From Chiloscyllium plagiosum (taxonomy: Eukaryota): a stretch of DNA of 64,000 nt. Of this stretch, positions 25,700 through 38,775 are shown in pieces. The stretch is taken from the NCBI RefSeq assembly GCF_004010195.1, contig NC_057712.1:62430539-62494538 (forward strand), in the 5' to 3' direction. The first letter of the stretch is position 1; each line of letters opens with the position of its first letter. Made by a program: the position numbers and the translations under genes. The notes below the pieces were generated by a model. The model saw nothing but the letters and a program-made list of their open reading frames with translations. It was not told the DNA's origin and searched no databases.

Positions 25700-26200
25700 A
25701 GATACCACAAAGTACGGAGTACAGTTTTGGCCTCCATATTTAAGAAAGGATGTACTGGCACTGGAGGCTGTTCACGAGATTCACCTAGACCGAATACTGC
25801 AAGGAAGAGGTTAATAATCAAGAATGACTAAACAGATAAGGCCTTTAGTCATGACAGTTTAGATGAAATGAAGGGTAATCTTATTGAAATGTGCAAGATT
25901 CTGTGGGAGCTTCAAAGCGTAAATGTTGAGTAGATCTTTCCACTTGTAGGGAAATAGCAAAGTAGGGGACATTCATTTAAAACTGTGGTGCAAAAAGAGA
26001 TTTTCTACTCCAGAAATTGTGGCTGCTCAATCACTGAAAGTATTTCAAGAGGAGGTGGATAGATTTTTGAAGCACCACGGAGTTGAGAGTATAATGACCC
26101 ACCATATTCCTGAGATCCAGGAAAGATCAGCTATGCTCTTATAGAACACCAGGACAGATGTGAGGTGCCAAATGGTTATTCCTGCACCTATTTCTTATGT
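25700..26200 (+). mobile_element. Old CR1 3' fragment (another at ~26510-26910)
   Basis: GTACAGTTTTGGCCTCCATATTTAAGAAAGGAT (VQFW.PYLRKD). Confidence 0.65.
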
Positions 26201-26338
26201 TTTCATGTTTAGTGCTTTACCGCTCTGTTGTGCATTAAGTTTGCTATTGGAGTATCCCAAGTGTAATAATCACTATTTCTATGAAGTACTTTACTGTCTT
26301 AAATTACAATCAGTAATCATTGAAGTGCTGTAACTTAC

Positions 26339-26486
26339 TTCTTCTGACAGACTTTGGTTGAACTGGTAAACCAACAATTGGGAATCCAAAATGACTCATG
26401 CGCTGTACAAGATTGGCAACGTTTCCAGATTTTTCTCGTTTAGTCACTGGGCTTTCCTCTTTTGCATCTGCATCCTTTTTTACTTC
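26339..26486 (-). CDS. CD2AP: CD2AP coding exon (exon-3-like), SH3A-SH3B linker: EVKKDADAKEESPVTKREKSGNVANLVQRMSHFGFPIVGLPVQPKSVRR
   Basis: 148-nt exon, acceptor ttcctttcttgcAG and donor GTAAGT. Resembles human CD2AP KRERHGNVASLVQRISTYGLP. Ends in phase 1 (A) and joins GA of 5310 to give AGA, in frame. Confidence 0.9.
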
Positions 26487-27000
26487 CTGCAAGAAAGGAA
26501 AAATGTTTCAGGCATAAAGCAATAATCTGCTCCTTGCAGAAGAGAAGATTAAGAGGTGACCTTACTGAAGTGTTCAAAATGATTAACAAATTTTGACAGA
26601 GTAAAGGGTATACTCTGTTTCGACTAGTTGGTCTGTCAGTAACGAGGGTTCACAAGTTCAAATTGCCACCAAGATAGCTGGGAGTAAGAGGTGGATCAAC
26701 TTCTTTACTCAGTTGTTAGGATTTGGAATGCACTCTGTCTGGGACTGTGGTGGAGGCAGATTCAGTAAGAGGTTTCAAAAGAGACTGGATGTCTTTGAAA
26801 GTGATAAGTTCAGAGGGCTACAGAGCTAGGGTGCAGTTCTCAATCAGTTTGGTAGCTCTTTCAGGAGCCAGTAGATACAACGGACTAAATGGCTTCCTTC
26901 TGAACAAGAATGTTGTAGGATCCTGTGCAGAGGATTTTGCAATATGGATGCAAAAAATGCAACAAAATTTAAATACTACCATACTGCAGCACTTTCACAA

Positions 27001-27125
27001 CAAAGTTAAAAATCATACAACACCAGGTTATAGTCCAACAGGTTTATATGGAAGCACTAGCTTACGCAGCGCTGCTTTTTCAAGGTGGTTGTGCAGTATA
27101 AGATCATAGGACACAGAATTTATAA
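27001..27125 (-). mobile_element. Single-arm Penelope terminal repeat, same family as 24739
   Basis: GTTAAAAATCATACAACACCAGGTTATAGTCCAACAGG. Confidence 0.75.
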
Positions 27126-27842
27126 ATTCTTACAAAATCCTTGCAAAACAGTATGGATCTGATGTCAAAACTTTGATGCATGTCAGTTACCACCTGAGTC
27201 CCGCAATTCCTCTGCTCGCCTTCCAAACTCATCTTCAATCTCCATGAACCTCTGCTCATCCAAAAATCTACTACACAGACACCTTCTCGCCAACCTACAG
27301 GAACACTCCCTGTCAGCAGTTTAAGCTTCAACTGGGCCTTTCCTTCTTCCCCAGCCCAACAACCCACCATAAAGACGTTAAAATCTGTTGTCTCAGCATT
27401 TCCCCATGCTCTTCAATCCACATTCATGGATGTGCATTTAGCTGTCAAGGCCCTACAGATTGGACGTCCTCTCCACCTTTCCATTTTGTACTTTTAAAGT
27501 CGACTTCAAAACTACTCAAGGCGAAGATTTTAGTCCCATCTTGTCAGAGCTCCTTCTTTAGCTTATTCTGGTTTGTAACACAGCATGGTTATTTTCTAAT
27601 TACAGGCTCTCTATATAGAAATAATTATATGGAAGATGAAGCTCTCAGACTGTTTGGTCTAACCAGTCTACAATCAGTGTTATACTCCATTCCAACTTTT
27701 TTCTCCACCCCTCCCAAACTGCCCTCACTTCATCATCATCATAACCCTCTGTTCTTCTCTCATGATAACCAAACTTCCCATTAAACGGTTATACCATTTG
27801 CCGGAGCCTCTTCCTAGGAGAGAGATTTCCAAAACCTTCCCA

Positions 27843-28475
27843 GGAAGGCACGGTGGCTCAGTGGGTAGCACTACTGCCTCTCAGTGCCAGGGACCTGGGT
27901 TCAATTCCAGCCTTGGGCAACTGTGTGTGGAGCTTGCACATTCTCCCAGAGCCTGTGTGGGTTTCCTCCCACAGTCCAGACACGTGCAGGTTTGGTGAAT
28001 TGGCCAGGCTAAACTGCCTGTAGTGTTCAGGGATGTGTAGAAAAAGTGAGGACTGCAGATGCCAGAGATCAGAATTGAGAATGTGGTGCTGGAAAAGCAC
28101 AGCAGGCCAGGCAGCATCTGAGGAGCAGCAAAATCGAAGTTTCGGGCAAGTTAAGCCCTTCATCAGGAATGAGGCTTGTGGGCTGGGGTCGGAGAGATAA
28201 ACCCGGCCCCCATTTATCTCTCAGACCTTGGCCCACAAGCCTCATCCCTGATGAAGGGCTTTTGCCCGAAACTTCGATTCTGCTGTGCTCGGATGCTGTC
28301 TGACCTGTGCTTTTCCAGCACCCCACACACTTGACTCAGGATGTGTAGGCGAGGTGTGTTAATCAGGGGAAATGTCAAGTAACAGGGTAGGAGAATGGGT
28401 CTGGGTGGGATAAACTTTGGAAGGTTAGTATGGACTTGTTGGGCCAATTGTTTCCACATTGTAGGGATTCTAACA
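27843..28475 (+). mobile_element. HE1-like SINE interrupted by a palindromic Penelope insert
   Basis: GGCACGGTGGCTCAGTGGGTAGCAC head; SINE resumes after 28348. Confidence 0.85.
28041..28338. mobile_element. Palindromic Penelope-derived insert with hammerhead-like cores on both strands
   Basis: 10-bp TSD GGATGTGTAG (28031-28040 / 28339-28348); ~115-bp inverted arms; CTGATGAAGGGCTTTTGCCCGAAAC at ~28248-28272. Confidence 0.85.
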
Positions 28476-30116
28476 AAGTAGACATTTTCAATTTCTCTAT
28501 TTCTATCCAAAGTCAAAGCACACTCTATGCGTACTCTACCATAACAGTGAAAATCTCGGTTTGGTCACCTTTCTGCTTTAGTTTTTACGGTTCAGCCTGC
28601 TCAATAGCCCCCCGATAGATGTACCGTCACACTCCTGGCATTGCCAGTTCTTCAATTCTGACCATAATATATCCTTTATGCATTACAGTGACCAGAACTA
28701 TGCACAGTACTCCAAGCGTGGTTGAATTACCTTTCAAAGCATCTTTAAAATGAGCTCTCCACTTCTCAATTTTAACCTCTAGAAATAAATCTCAACTGTT
28801 CAGTTTGCTTTTTTAAAAAATGGCATTATAAACCTGTATGGCTCCTTAGAATAATTTCTATGTCTGGACAATCAGATCCTTTTGCTCTTCAACCATTTAG
28901 ATTCTTATTTTCCAAGAACCATATGATATCTACACTTTGCTAATCAAAAAATAATGGACCACATCTTCACTCAAGACGATAGTTGTCTTACAGTGCAGAT
29001 GGGAGTTGTGCACCCGAACTACTGCAGCGGACACCCTGGGAATTGCTCTGCAAGTTGAAACATCTGACGGGGGCTCAGTTAATTTCTGGATTCTGCTGAT
29101 AATGTCCCCACTACCAAGTTAGAGGATTCTGAGAGATCGAGTTATCCAGGAACAGTTAGAAGAATTACAGACAGCCAAATGCACCCACATCCCATGCCCA
29201 ACTCAGGCAAATTCCCTCACAAGCTTCCCTTGGGCCGAATACAACCCCCACCAAACCCGACCTCGGTTTCCCTGCCACCCCTCTATAATAAACTCCACCC
29301 AGCTCTCCCTTCAACCAACTCCCACTCCACTCACTCCTCCCAACTGCTTGTGGACTCCTGACATCGACTTTCTGCAGACTCCACCCCATTGAAACAACCA
29401 TCTCTGACTCCCCAGAGACCCAACCATACTCTCATAAGCAAACTAACCTGACTCCTCACCACAGCCCACTTCCATCCCATGACCATCTTAGCAACTAAGC
29501 AGGTACCAACACCACCCACCCCCAATATTAATCCAGCAAAGTATTCCGAGCTAATATCGCTGCCACCCCAACCCTTGCCCACCTGCCAATTCAAGCACTC
29601 TATACTTATCTGTTGCATTCATTCAAGTAAGTCTCTGAAAGCAGTTTCAAGAGCTTTCAATCCTAAAATACAGCAGGAATGGTCATGAAAAAACGGACAT
29701 GGGTTGGTACTGCTGGCTGTTTGGCCTACTGGGCTGTTGCAGTTAAGACGAACAACTATTGTGTCAGAAAATCAGATAAACGTACAAAACACTCCTCCAA
29801 AAAGAGTAAAAGTGTTTTGTTTTGGTCCAATCAGGATCAGAAATAGGTTTTCCACACCTGATCACAATATTTGGGGAAATATTTCACACTTAGCTACATC
29901 ATAAGTTTATAAACTAAATACTTATTTTGCAAGTTTAATAATTGCTCCTTGTAAATAATTGTAGTCATCCTCAAAATTCACAACCTCTCTCAATTTGATG
30001 CTATCGGCTAAATAAAACGTAGATTCGATTGCAAAATTTGAATCATCAAAACAACTTCTGCACATGTGGTTGCAAGAACCCACTTTCCACCTTCTGTCAG
30101 ATCTTCATTCACCGTG

Positions 30117-30455
30117 AGGCGACACGCTGACTCAGTGGTAAACACTGCTGCCTCACAGCGCCAGTGACCCAGGTTCAGTTTTACACTTCTCTATGTGGAG
30201 TTTACGCATTCTTGTCGTATCTGCATGGGTTTCTTCCAGGTGGTCCGGTTAACTCCCCAAAGATATGCAGGTGGATTGACCATGTTGAATTGCCCCGTAG
30301 TGTCCAGGTACGTGTAGGTTATGTGGGTTAGCCTTCGGAAATGCAAGTTTACAGGGATAGGGTATAGGGTTAGATCTGGGCGAAATGGTCTGCAGAGGGT
30401 TGGTGCTAACTCAATGGGTTGAATGGTCTCTTTCTGCACTGTAGGGACTCTATGT
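30117..30455 (+). mobile_element. HE1-like SINE (diverged)
   Basis: tRNA-like head, V-domain, CTGTAGGGACTCTATG tail. Confidence 0.8.
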
Positions 30456-31542
30456 TCTTTGCTCCCTGGCTCCGAACTCTGACCTTATTCATTGGTCAAT
30501 GTGGCACCACATCAAAGGTATTTTGAAAAGTTATTTAAATAATATTTACTTCACTACATTTAGCACATTGTCCGGTCTCAGTCGCTGCTTCAAATAATTC
30601 ACTGAAGTTTGTTGAATAAAACTTAATCTTTTGAATTCTGCCCCAATGTACTTCAATTTAAGTCTTCACGCTCCTGCTATCACTCTCAAATTCTTCAAAA
30701 ACGAGCAGATCATCAGCATCCCATCTAGACCAGGTGTTTCATCCTAAGGCAAATTAGTTGGTAGTATTTTTCATATTTAATTTAAATACAATTAGATCAT
30801 TTCCGACGTCAGATAATTTTATATTTCTGCCATTCTGCTGTCAGCCAAAAGCCAAGTTTGTTTCCTAAAGGAACACTTTAATTTGGCCGTTGTCTTATAT
30901 TATACAGATATGTCATCTATTTGTCAACCTTTGCAGTATCTAATCCACCTGTCACGAGTATTTCAGATGAAGTACAATACCAATCACTTAACCAGTGTAA
31001 ATAAATGAATAAATAATTAGTAGATTATAGATTTTTTTGTCTTTTAAAAGTCAGACTATTACTCAAAAAGCTGTAATTTAAGCTACAGAATACAAGGAAA
31101 CAGAAATGCAGCTTCAGGTCTGTCATCAATGCTGACTGTTACACGGGGGGAGCAGTCATGTGGCTATCACACAAGCGTGTATGCTTAGACTGATTACTTT
31201 CCTGCAGCATATGGATGTTTTATACTGCAAGCAATTAATTTATTAATGATTGATTTGGAAACTTCATTGACCAGTCTTTCTTAAAGTAAAGGCATCATCT
31301 AGTATAGCATTGAGACATACAACAAAGACATATCCCAGATTTAATCTTTCATCTCATCTCACCAAAGGATAGAATAAGGGAAAGTGCTTCAAAGATCCCT
31401 GTGCAAAGACGAAGAAGCAAAGAGGAGAAAAGATTTTGATTCCAACTGCTTCAGTGAATCACGCGTCCATGTGCAAATACACAGCTGGAACTCTCTAAAG
31501 AAGAGACATGATGTCAACAGTGTGTCTTGCACTAATTAGGCC

Positions 31543-32165
31543 TGAAATGGACCAGACCAAACCCCCTTAAAATAAATTAAAAAGGACAGCCTGGACCTTG
31601 ATTTTTTTCTTATTTTAAAGGCAAATACTAGGCATTAGGTTTTAGATGCAATTTCATTGGTCAATCTACCCGTCTTGAAGCAAAACATGTTTTATACATA
31701 AACCTCTAGTTAAAATCTAACAAAAAAATAAATTGGAATAACTTAACTATTGCAAAATTTAGCAATACGATAAATTATTTAACTATTAAACAGTAACATC
31801 CCATAACCACACTCTTGGCAAAGGCAAATTCAGCAAAATAGACTGCTTGACATGCAATTCTCCAGTCCAGAAGGAAAAACATCAAGAGAAAACTTAGAAG
31901 CAGAGAGGGTTATACTGCAGCTTCCAAACCCAGCTTCAAGACCCCAGCAACTTCCACTGAAAAATTAAAATCAAAAATCCTAGCTCTGTAGGAGTTTGTC
32001 CCCCACCCATTCAGGCTGCTTCTATTGTTCCAACTTTTTTTTGAAAAACTCCAAGACTTCACACTGTTTATTGGCACTGAGTCAATTAATCAGCACTTCC
32101 ATCTCAACCTTATGTCTTCATAAGAACCAGGACAAGATATACCTCAAAGACACAGTATCACCACA
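31543..32165 (-). mobile_element. Putative solo LTR
   Basis: TG..CA-like ends (minus: TGTGGTGATACT...GGTCTGGTCCATTTCA); AATAA/T-rich LTR-like composition; no TSD seen. Confidence 0.45.
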
Positions 32166-32959
32166 AATATAAAATATGAAACATTTTAATAATTAATAAG
32201 CTATGTATGCAGCATGAAAGGAGATGCTAATTGGTTGAGCTACGGTTGGCATAATGACACAGCAGGAACCGAATGTTATGTAAATGATTGAAATCAAACC
32301 AACCAAATAATTTCTGATTGGTCAGGGGATTACCCATGGGAATGCAGAGTTTGCTGGTCTCTGAAGCCCTTTCCTCAGTGAAAATGACACAATGTGTGAA
32401 TGTACAGCTTTTACCTACGAAGAAAAGGGTCCTGTGTGAAAATACATGCTGCTACATGCTGTGTGAAAATACATACATCTCATAATGAATCAGCCTTCAA
32501 GTCCTACTCCAATCTTAAAATGGTTTGTGGGGCAATTCTTTGTACACAGGTACAATTAGTAAATGTTCCCTAATAGTAGAATCACATTCAATGCTGGACA
32601 CAATATTTTTAGTTTGCAATCATAGGTTGGCTGAGCACAGTTGGCATGCTGAAAACTGTAGTCAAAGGAGTGCTTTTTGATTTAGTCTCAGGACTCATTG
32701 GAATTACAGCCTACATTGTTGGTATCACAAGCACTAAACCACAAGTATGTAATTAGTCATTTGCCTTGGAGATAGAACATCTTTTGGCTTGACAGTAGCA
32801 GTCTGTTGCTGGAGAATACCACTCGTATGTCAAATTAGCATCACAAGATTGCTGGCCTCTGATCATCTGATTGGCAGAACGTGAGAGTTGAGTTCTGCAG
32901 GAGTCTGTGTGGAGGCCTCAAACTTTCTCAACAGTTGATATCATGACTCAGATAAGGGG

Positions 32960-34260
32960 AGTGAAGACATGGTAACTAACTTGCAGGCACCACCAAGATA
33001 CATTGGAAAATGCATTGTGAAGACGACATAAGGAGATTGCAGATGAATTTCAATAGTTTGAATGAGCGGACAAGAATCTTTCCGATGGAGTATAATGTCA
33101 GGAAACGTGATCACTTTGCCGGGAACAACATAAAATAAGCAAACTGTTACTTAAGAAGAGAATGATTGCAAAATTCTGAGGTGCAGAGGATTTAGGTGTT
33201 CTCTTTTGCAGGAGTCACACAAACTTCGTATGTACATGCTGCACTTAATCAAGGCAGCTAAAGGGACACAAGATGAAATGAACTCAAAAGGATGATATGC
33301 CATGACCTGTGAACCCAGGAGACCTGGATTCAAGTCCTACCTCCTTCAGAGTGTCTGAAAACATTTCTCAACAGGTTGATTAGAAAAAGATAAAAAAAAG
33401 AGATGCTTTGGTGTAAGAGGCACTGGTGAAACCATATCTTGAATACTGTGCGTCGTTTCAGTCTCTCAATTTAAGTAAAGATGCAAATGTATTACAAGCA
33501 GTTCGAGAAAGATGAACGAGATTGATATCTGGAAAAAGTCAGTCAGTTGTTTTAATGAGGATATTTGGACAGCAGGACCCACTTCCACTGGATTGGGGGC
33601 AGCACAGTGGCTCAGTGGTTAGCACTGCTGCCTCACAGCACTCGGGTCCCAGGTTCAATTCCAGCCTTGGGCGACTGTTTGGGTGGAGTTTGCACATTCT
33701 CCCAGTGGGTGCGCTCCGGTTTCCTCCACAGTCCAAAACATGTGCAGGTTAGGTAGACTGGCCGTACTAAATTGCCCATAGCGTTAGGCACGTTAGTCAG
33801 AGGGAAACGAGTCTGAGTGGGTTACTCTTCAGAGGGTCAGTGTGGACTTATTAGGCCGAAGGGCCTCTTTCCACATTAAATAATCTAAAAAAAGTAATCT
33901 CATCTCAACAGTGACTTAATTTAAAGTTTAAGATCCTGATCTGACTTGACAAGTTGGAGGTGGAAAGAATGTTTCTTCTTGTGGACTGCACTGTTTGCAA
34001 CTTAGGAGTACCCTTGAGGGCCAAGGTGGTCTTTCTGTGCAACTTTGGAACTCTGTCAGAAGATGACAGAATTGGAATTACGAAATCTTTTTTTTTTACC
34101 AAGGCCACAGTAAGTTCTTGCTGTGCAAGGTTATCAGGGGTAGATGGGAATGTGGAATTCAAAACATACACAAACTTTAGCCATTGATCGTAATGACAGG
34201 AATGGCACAGCGGATGTGAGGGGTCACTTAGCCTATTTCCCCTCCTTGCATATTCACTTA
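32960..34260 (+). mobile_element. Old CR1 fragment with nested SINEs
   Basis: ALVKPYLEYC-like at ~33420; HE1 SINE inside. Confidence 0.6.
33595..33890 (+). mobile_element. HE1-like SINE
   Basis: GGGCAGCACAGTGGCTCAGTGGTTAGCACTGCTGCCTCACAGC head. Confidence 0.88.
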
Positions 34261-34304
34261 TTTCTCTAACATTTGAAACACCTTGCCTTTACAGGATAAT
34301 CCTG

Positions 34305-34890
34305 AATTGAATTGATTTGAATTTATTGTCATGTGTACCAAGACATAGTGAAAAGCTACGAGCAATACAGGCAGATCACATAGTTAAGTAGCATAGATAA
34401 GTAAATAATAGGTATACAGCAGCAAACACAAAACCACAGGTACAGGTGAATGCCAAGAGTTTGAGAGTGCATTCAGAATTCTAACAAGAGGAGGGCAGAA
34501 ACTGTTACGAAACCGGCTGGTGCATGTCTTCAGGCATCTGTACCTTCTTCCCAATGGTAGAGGTTGTAGAAAAACATTGCCAGGGTGGGATGGATCTTTG
34601 AGAATGCTGGCGGCCTTTCCTTGACAGCGGGCCTGGTAGATGGATTCTATAGATGGGAAGTTGGCCTTTGTGATTGTCTGGGCCAGGTTCACCACTCTAT
34701 GTAACCGTCTCCGAACGGTACAGTTGCCATACAAGATAGTGATACATCCGGACAAAATGCTCTTGATGGCGACCTATAAGATTTGGCAAGGGTATTTGCC
34801 ATCATGCCAGATTTTCTCAGCTGCTTCAGGGAAAAGACACGTTGTTGGGCCTTTATAACCAGTGTGTCCACATGAAGAGTGGGGACTCCA
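34305..34890 (-). mobile_element. Rex1/Babar-like LINE 3' end
   Basis: KAQQRVFSLKQLRK; SGCITILYGNC...LKDPSHPG...LPLGRRYR...RFRNSF; (TTCAA)-like tail. Confidence 0.85.
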
Positions 34891-35549
34891 TGCCCTTCCA
34901 TCAGTTAGCACAGTCAGTTAGAGCAAACAGTGATTCAAATCAGAATAGCTATGATTGCAGAGTTTTATTTTGACATGCCTAATCCTGGCATTAGGCTAAC
35001 ACAGCTAGAAAATGCTTGGAGCCTTGGTCTTAAAATTGCTAATCAAGCTGATCTAGGAGAATATGCAACTGAAGGAATCACAATGCATTTATTACATAAA
35101 TATTTGACAATATGCATTGTAAAACTGTACTCAATGCTTGCACGAGAAAGTATCTCAGCTTTTTACAAATACAAGTCTGTCTGAGAATTTTTCTAACTGC
35201 TTTGAAAATCTAAGTCATAAATAGATAAAAACAAATTTTTAATTTAGTTTCATTTAAGCTTCATACATTCTATTCAATTTAACAGCAGAATAATCCTTGC
35301 AATTTTTCTCTTGTTAAATGAGGTATCAATTCTTTTACAATCACCTGCTCACTTAATTATGGTTTACGTTCAGAGACACAACTGAAGCCCAGAGGGATTA
35401 TTACCCTGATTAAAATGAACATTTCCTTCAGACACACGCAATTAGATTAATTGCACTCTTTTAATCTGTCAACAATTATTGAATCATTCTAGGAGTTTTT
35501 GAAAAAAATAGCTTACTCTAGCAATGTATTTAATTGGAAAACTTAAGTA

Positions 35550-36350
35550 TAGGGTCATAGAAATATACAGCACAGAAACAACTCTTCAGTCCAACTCGCC
35601 CATATCAACCAGATTGCCGAAATGAATCTAGAGCCATTTGCCTGAACTTGACCCATATTTCTCTAAATGCTTCCTATTCATATACACATCCAGATGCCCT
35701 TTAAATGTTGCAACTGTACCAGTCTCCACCACTTCCTCTGGCAGCTCATTCCCTACACGCATGACCCTGTGCATGAAAAACTTGCCCTTTAGTTCCCTTT
35801 TAAATCTTTCTCCTCTCAATTAAACGTATGCCTTCTATTTTTGGACTTCCCTACCCTGGGAAAAAGATCTTCGATATTAACCTATCCATGCTCCTTATGA
35901 TTTTACAAACCTCCATAAAGTCAGCCTTCAACCTCCAACATGCCAAGGAAAATAGTCCCAGTCTATTCGGCCTTGCCCTATAGCTCAAATCCTCCAAAAC
36001 CTGGCAATATTCTTGCAAATCTTTTCTGAACCCTTTCAAGTTTCACAACATCCTTCTGATAGCAGAAAAAGAACTGCATGCAGTATACCAAAAGTGACCT
36101 AACCAGTATCCTGTGCAGCCGCAACATGACCTCCCAACTTCTATACTCTAACCAATAAAGGAAAGCATATTGAATGCCCTCTTCCTATCCTTTCTACTTC
36201 GGACTCGACTTTCAAGAAACTATGAACTTGCACTCCAAGATCTTTGTTCAGCAACACTCCTCAGGACCTACCATTAAGCGTACACATCCTGCCCTGATTT
36301 ACTTATCCAAAATGCCGCACTTCACTTATCTAAATTAAACTCCATTCTTC
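35550..36350 (-). mobile_element. CR1/HER1-like 3' fragment
   Basis: RGERFKRELKGKFF..RV..NELPEEVVE. Confidence 0.85.
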
Positions 36351-37544
36351 CTATACTCACATTCAAATCATTTGTAGATGACAAAATATTCTTAAGTCAT
36401 TACTAGTAAGCAGAGGCCCATACTCCTGAATTGTCTCTAGCCAAATATTTAATTTAAAACCTCAAACAAATTATGATCAATGATCCAGTATGGAATTTTG
36501 AACTCCAGGATAAGCATTGTTAAACAACACTGGTGGGGTAGAACAGAAGGACTGTTTACTTTATATCCAGTGATAAGCGCCGACTCGATGGTACTGCTAG
36601 ATACATAAAAATAGAAATTCTTTTTTTTACATGAGTACCCTTCAATATTTCATTTCCCTAAACTTTTCCAGATTTCCTCAAAGTGCCGGATTAGTTGAAC
36701 TATCAATGGAATAAAAAATAGGATTTTCAGCACAGTTTGAGAACGCATAAAGTGTGTAGATTTGAGGAACAGGGGAAAAAAAAGTGACAGAAACAAAACA
36801 AGTCTCTTCAACACTGAAAAATTCCTAAAAATTTTAAATATACTAGATCTGCGTGATGTTGACATACTGTAGGATAGTGCAGTGAAATAGTATAGTTAAA
36901 GTAACATACTCTTGGAGGATTTGTTCAATAATTAGTTTGTCGTTTACTTACACTTGATCAAGTAATCCAGTGTAATAATGAATGAATGCAATGTTATATT
37001 CCAGTTAATGATCATCAGTACAGGACACTAGTATAGAATGTGACTGACACTTATGCTGACAAGTGAGAAACACCACATGGCCTACAGTGTCATGACAAGA
37101 CAAACAGCGGAGTCCACTGCTATACTTAATGGTTTCATTAATCAAAACCTGTCAAGGTTGACTGAGCAAAGCTATGGGACCTGAATACTCCCAAAACTAA
37201 CCTTAACAACTCAAAGGCTATTTGTGTGAAGTGAAAACAATGATGTTTCAAAACTTTTAGCTCCATGTCCCAATTAGTTTAGTTTAATATAGTGTCTTCA
37301 AGTTAAACAGTTTCTTCCTTTTAAACTACATGATGAGCTAACGTACCCTTGCTTATAATTAAGCACTGAGCGGGCTGTAGTCAGTTTTTAAGAACAATGC
37401 AATTATTTTGACTTCTATTACTTAATGTCACACTGTATCAGTTCTAATAATCTGCTCACCTTAATGTATGACCTATACACTGTTTGCATTGATTACTTCA
37501 TAATTTCTACAAGTCTTACATTGCATGCAACTTTGTTACTTTTT

Positions 37545-38775
37545 GTGATATTGACCTATCTGTAAAAGTCAAATTTTGTAGACTATATTTTAAGTTAAAT
37601 TCATAGGGTCGACTATTACATGGATACTACTTTTGAGGGTCTGAAATTCATGCTGCAGTCCAAAATACCATATCAGTAGCAGAAGCCCAACTGATTTCTG
37701 AACAAATAAAGAAAAAATAAATAAAGTAACTATCAAATTGAACCAAAAATCAATTTGTAAGCTTTATTTATGCGTACAAAAAGTGCAGTAGAAATATAAT
37801 AGGGCTTTAAATCACAATTACATGCTTCATCTTAAACATGTCAAATAAAGTTCATTAAAATCCTGCAAAACCTCAACTCAACATCAGCACCAAAAACAGA
37901 TTATCAGGATAATGATATTGTATGGGTCCTCTTAATCGTCGCTGTTCGTAGTTAGCGGTAGCATGTGATCTGTTGTTTCTTCATCTATGTCATCCCATAG
38001 ATGATCATTCTCTGTATTGTCCAATGCATTCAAAATTCCACATTTCTTGAATGATTTGAAAATAGTGTCAGCTTTTATTTCCTTCCGTGAATCAATTATC
38101 CATTCACAGATCAGTGGCAGTGATGGAGCCCACATACTCCCTCTTTTCATGTATGTTTTTTCTCCATCATGCATCCAGTTATTCCTCTTCATTCTCATCA
38201 TGTCCTTAAATAGTTTATTGATACCAACATTTATTGGTTGAAAAACGCTTGTAAGTTCACTGGGAGTTACAACTACATCAGTGTTATGTGATCAACAACA
38301 TTCTTCACTAGATGTGGTCTAAACTAGTCCCAGACAAGATGAGCAAACTCTTTCCTTTGCATAGTTCATCAGGTTGTAAATTCCAAACATCCTCTATCCA
38401 TTTTCTACATCCACCTTCATAAATCCAGCACATGGATGACAATTCCTTTTGTAAATCTCTCCTTTGGCAAAGACTTTTCTCTTAAAAACAGCCATTAGTT
38501 TTAACTTTGTGCCATCAGCCATACAAGAAATAGCTAAAGTAAACCTAATTTTCTCTTGGCCAGTGGTTCTCACCAACTGTTTTTTTTCCCTCCTTTCATT
38601 TCCTTATCATAACATTTACATACACTATAACATATTGACTCTCAATTGTTGATCTGTTATCTGTGAAGAACTAGGGTCAACCTTTACACGACATAAATGG
38701 AAAATGCCAGATTTTTTGGACAAAAATAGGGGGTTGACTTTTACATGAGATCGACCTTTACTCGAGTATATATGG
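37545..38775 (-). mobile_element. pogo/Tc2-like DNA transposon relic (DDE_1 transposase pseudogene, internally deleted)
   Basis: TTGQEKIRFTLAISCMADGTKL, LVWD, PSELTSVFQPINVGINKLFK, KSFKKCGILNALD; end TA|CCATATATACTCGAG; subterminal repeats near 37550-37625. Confidence 0.85.

Noticed and set aside
36945-37015. GTAAGT donor with upstream ATG ORF (MIINWNITL..), and TGATGA as a possible C box
   Set aside because: Phase 1 gives TGA when joined to either downstream exon; no D box or terminal stem for a snoRNA
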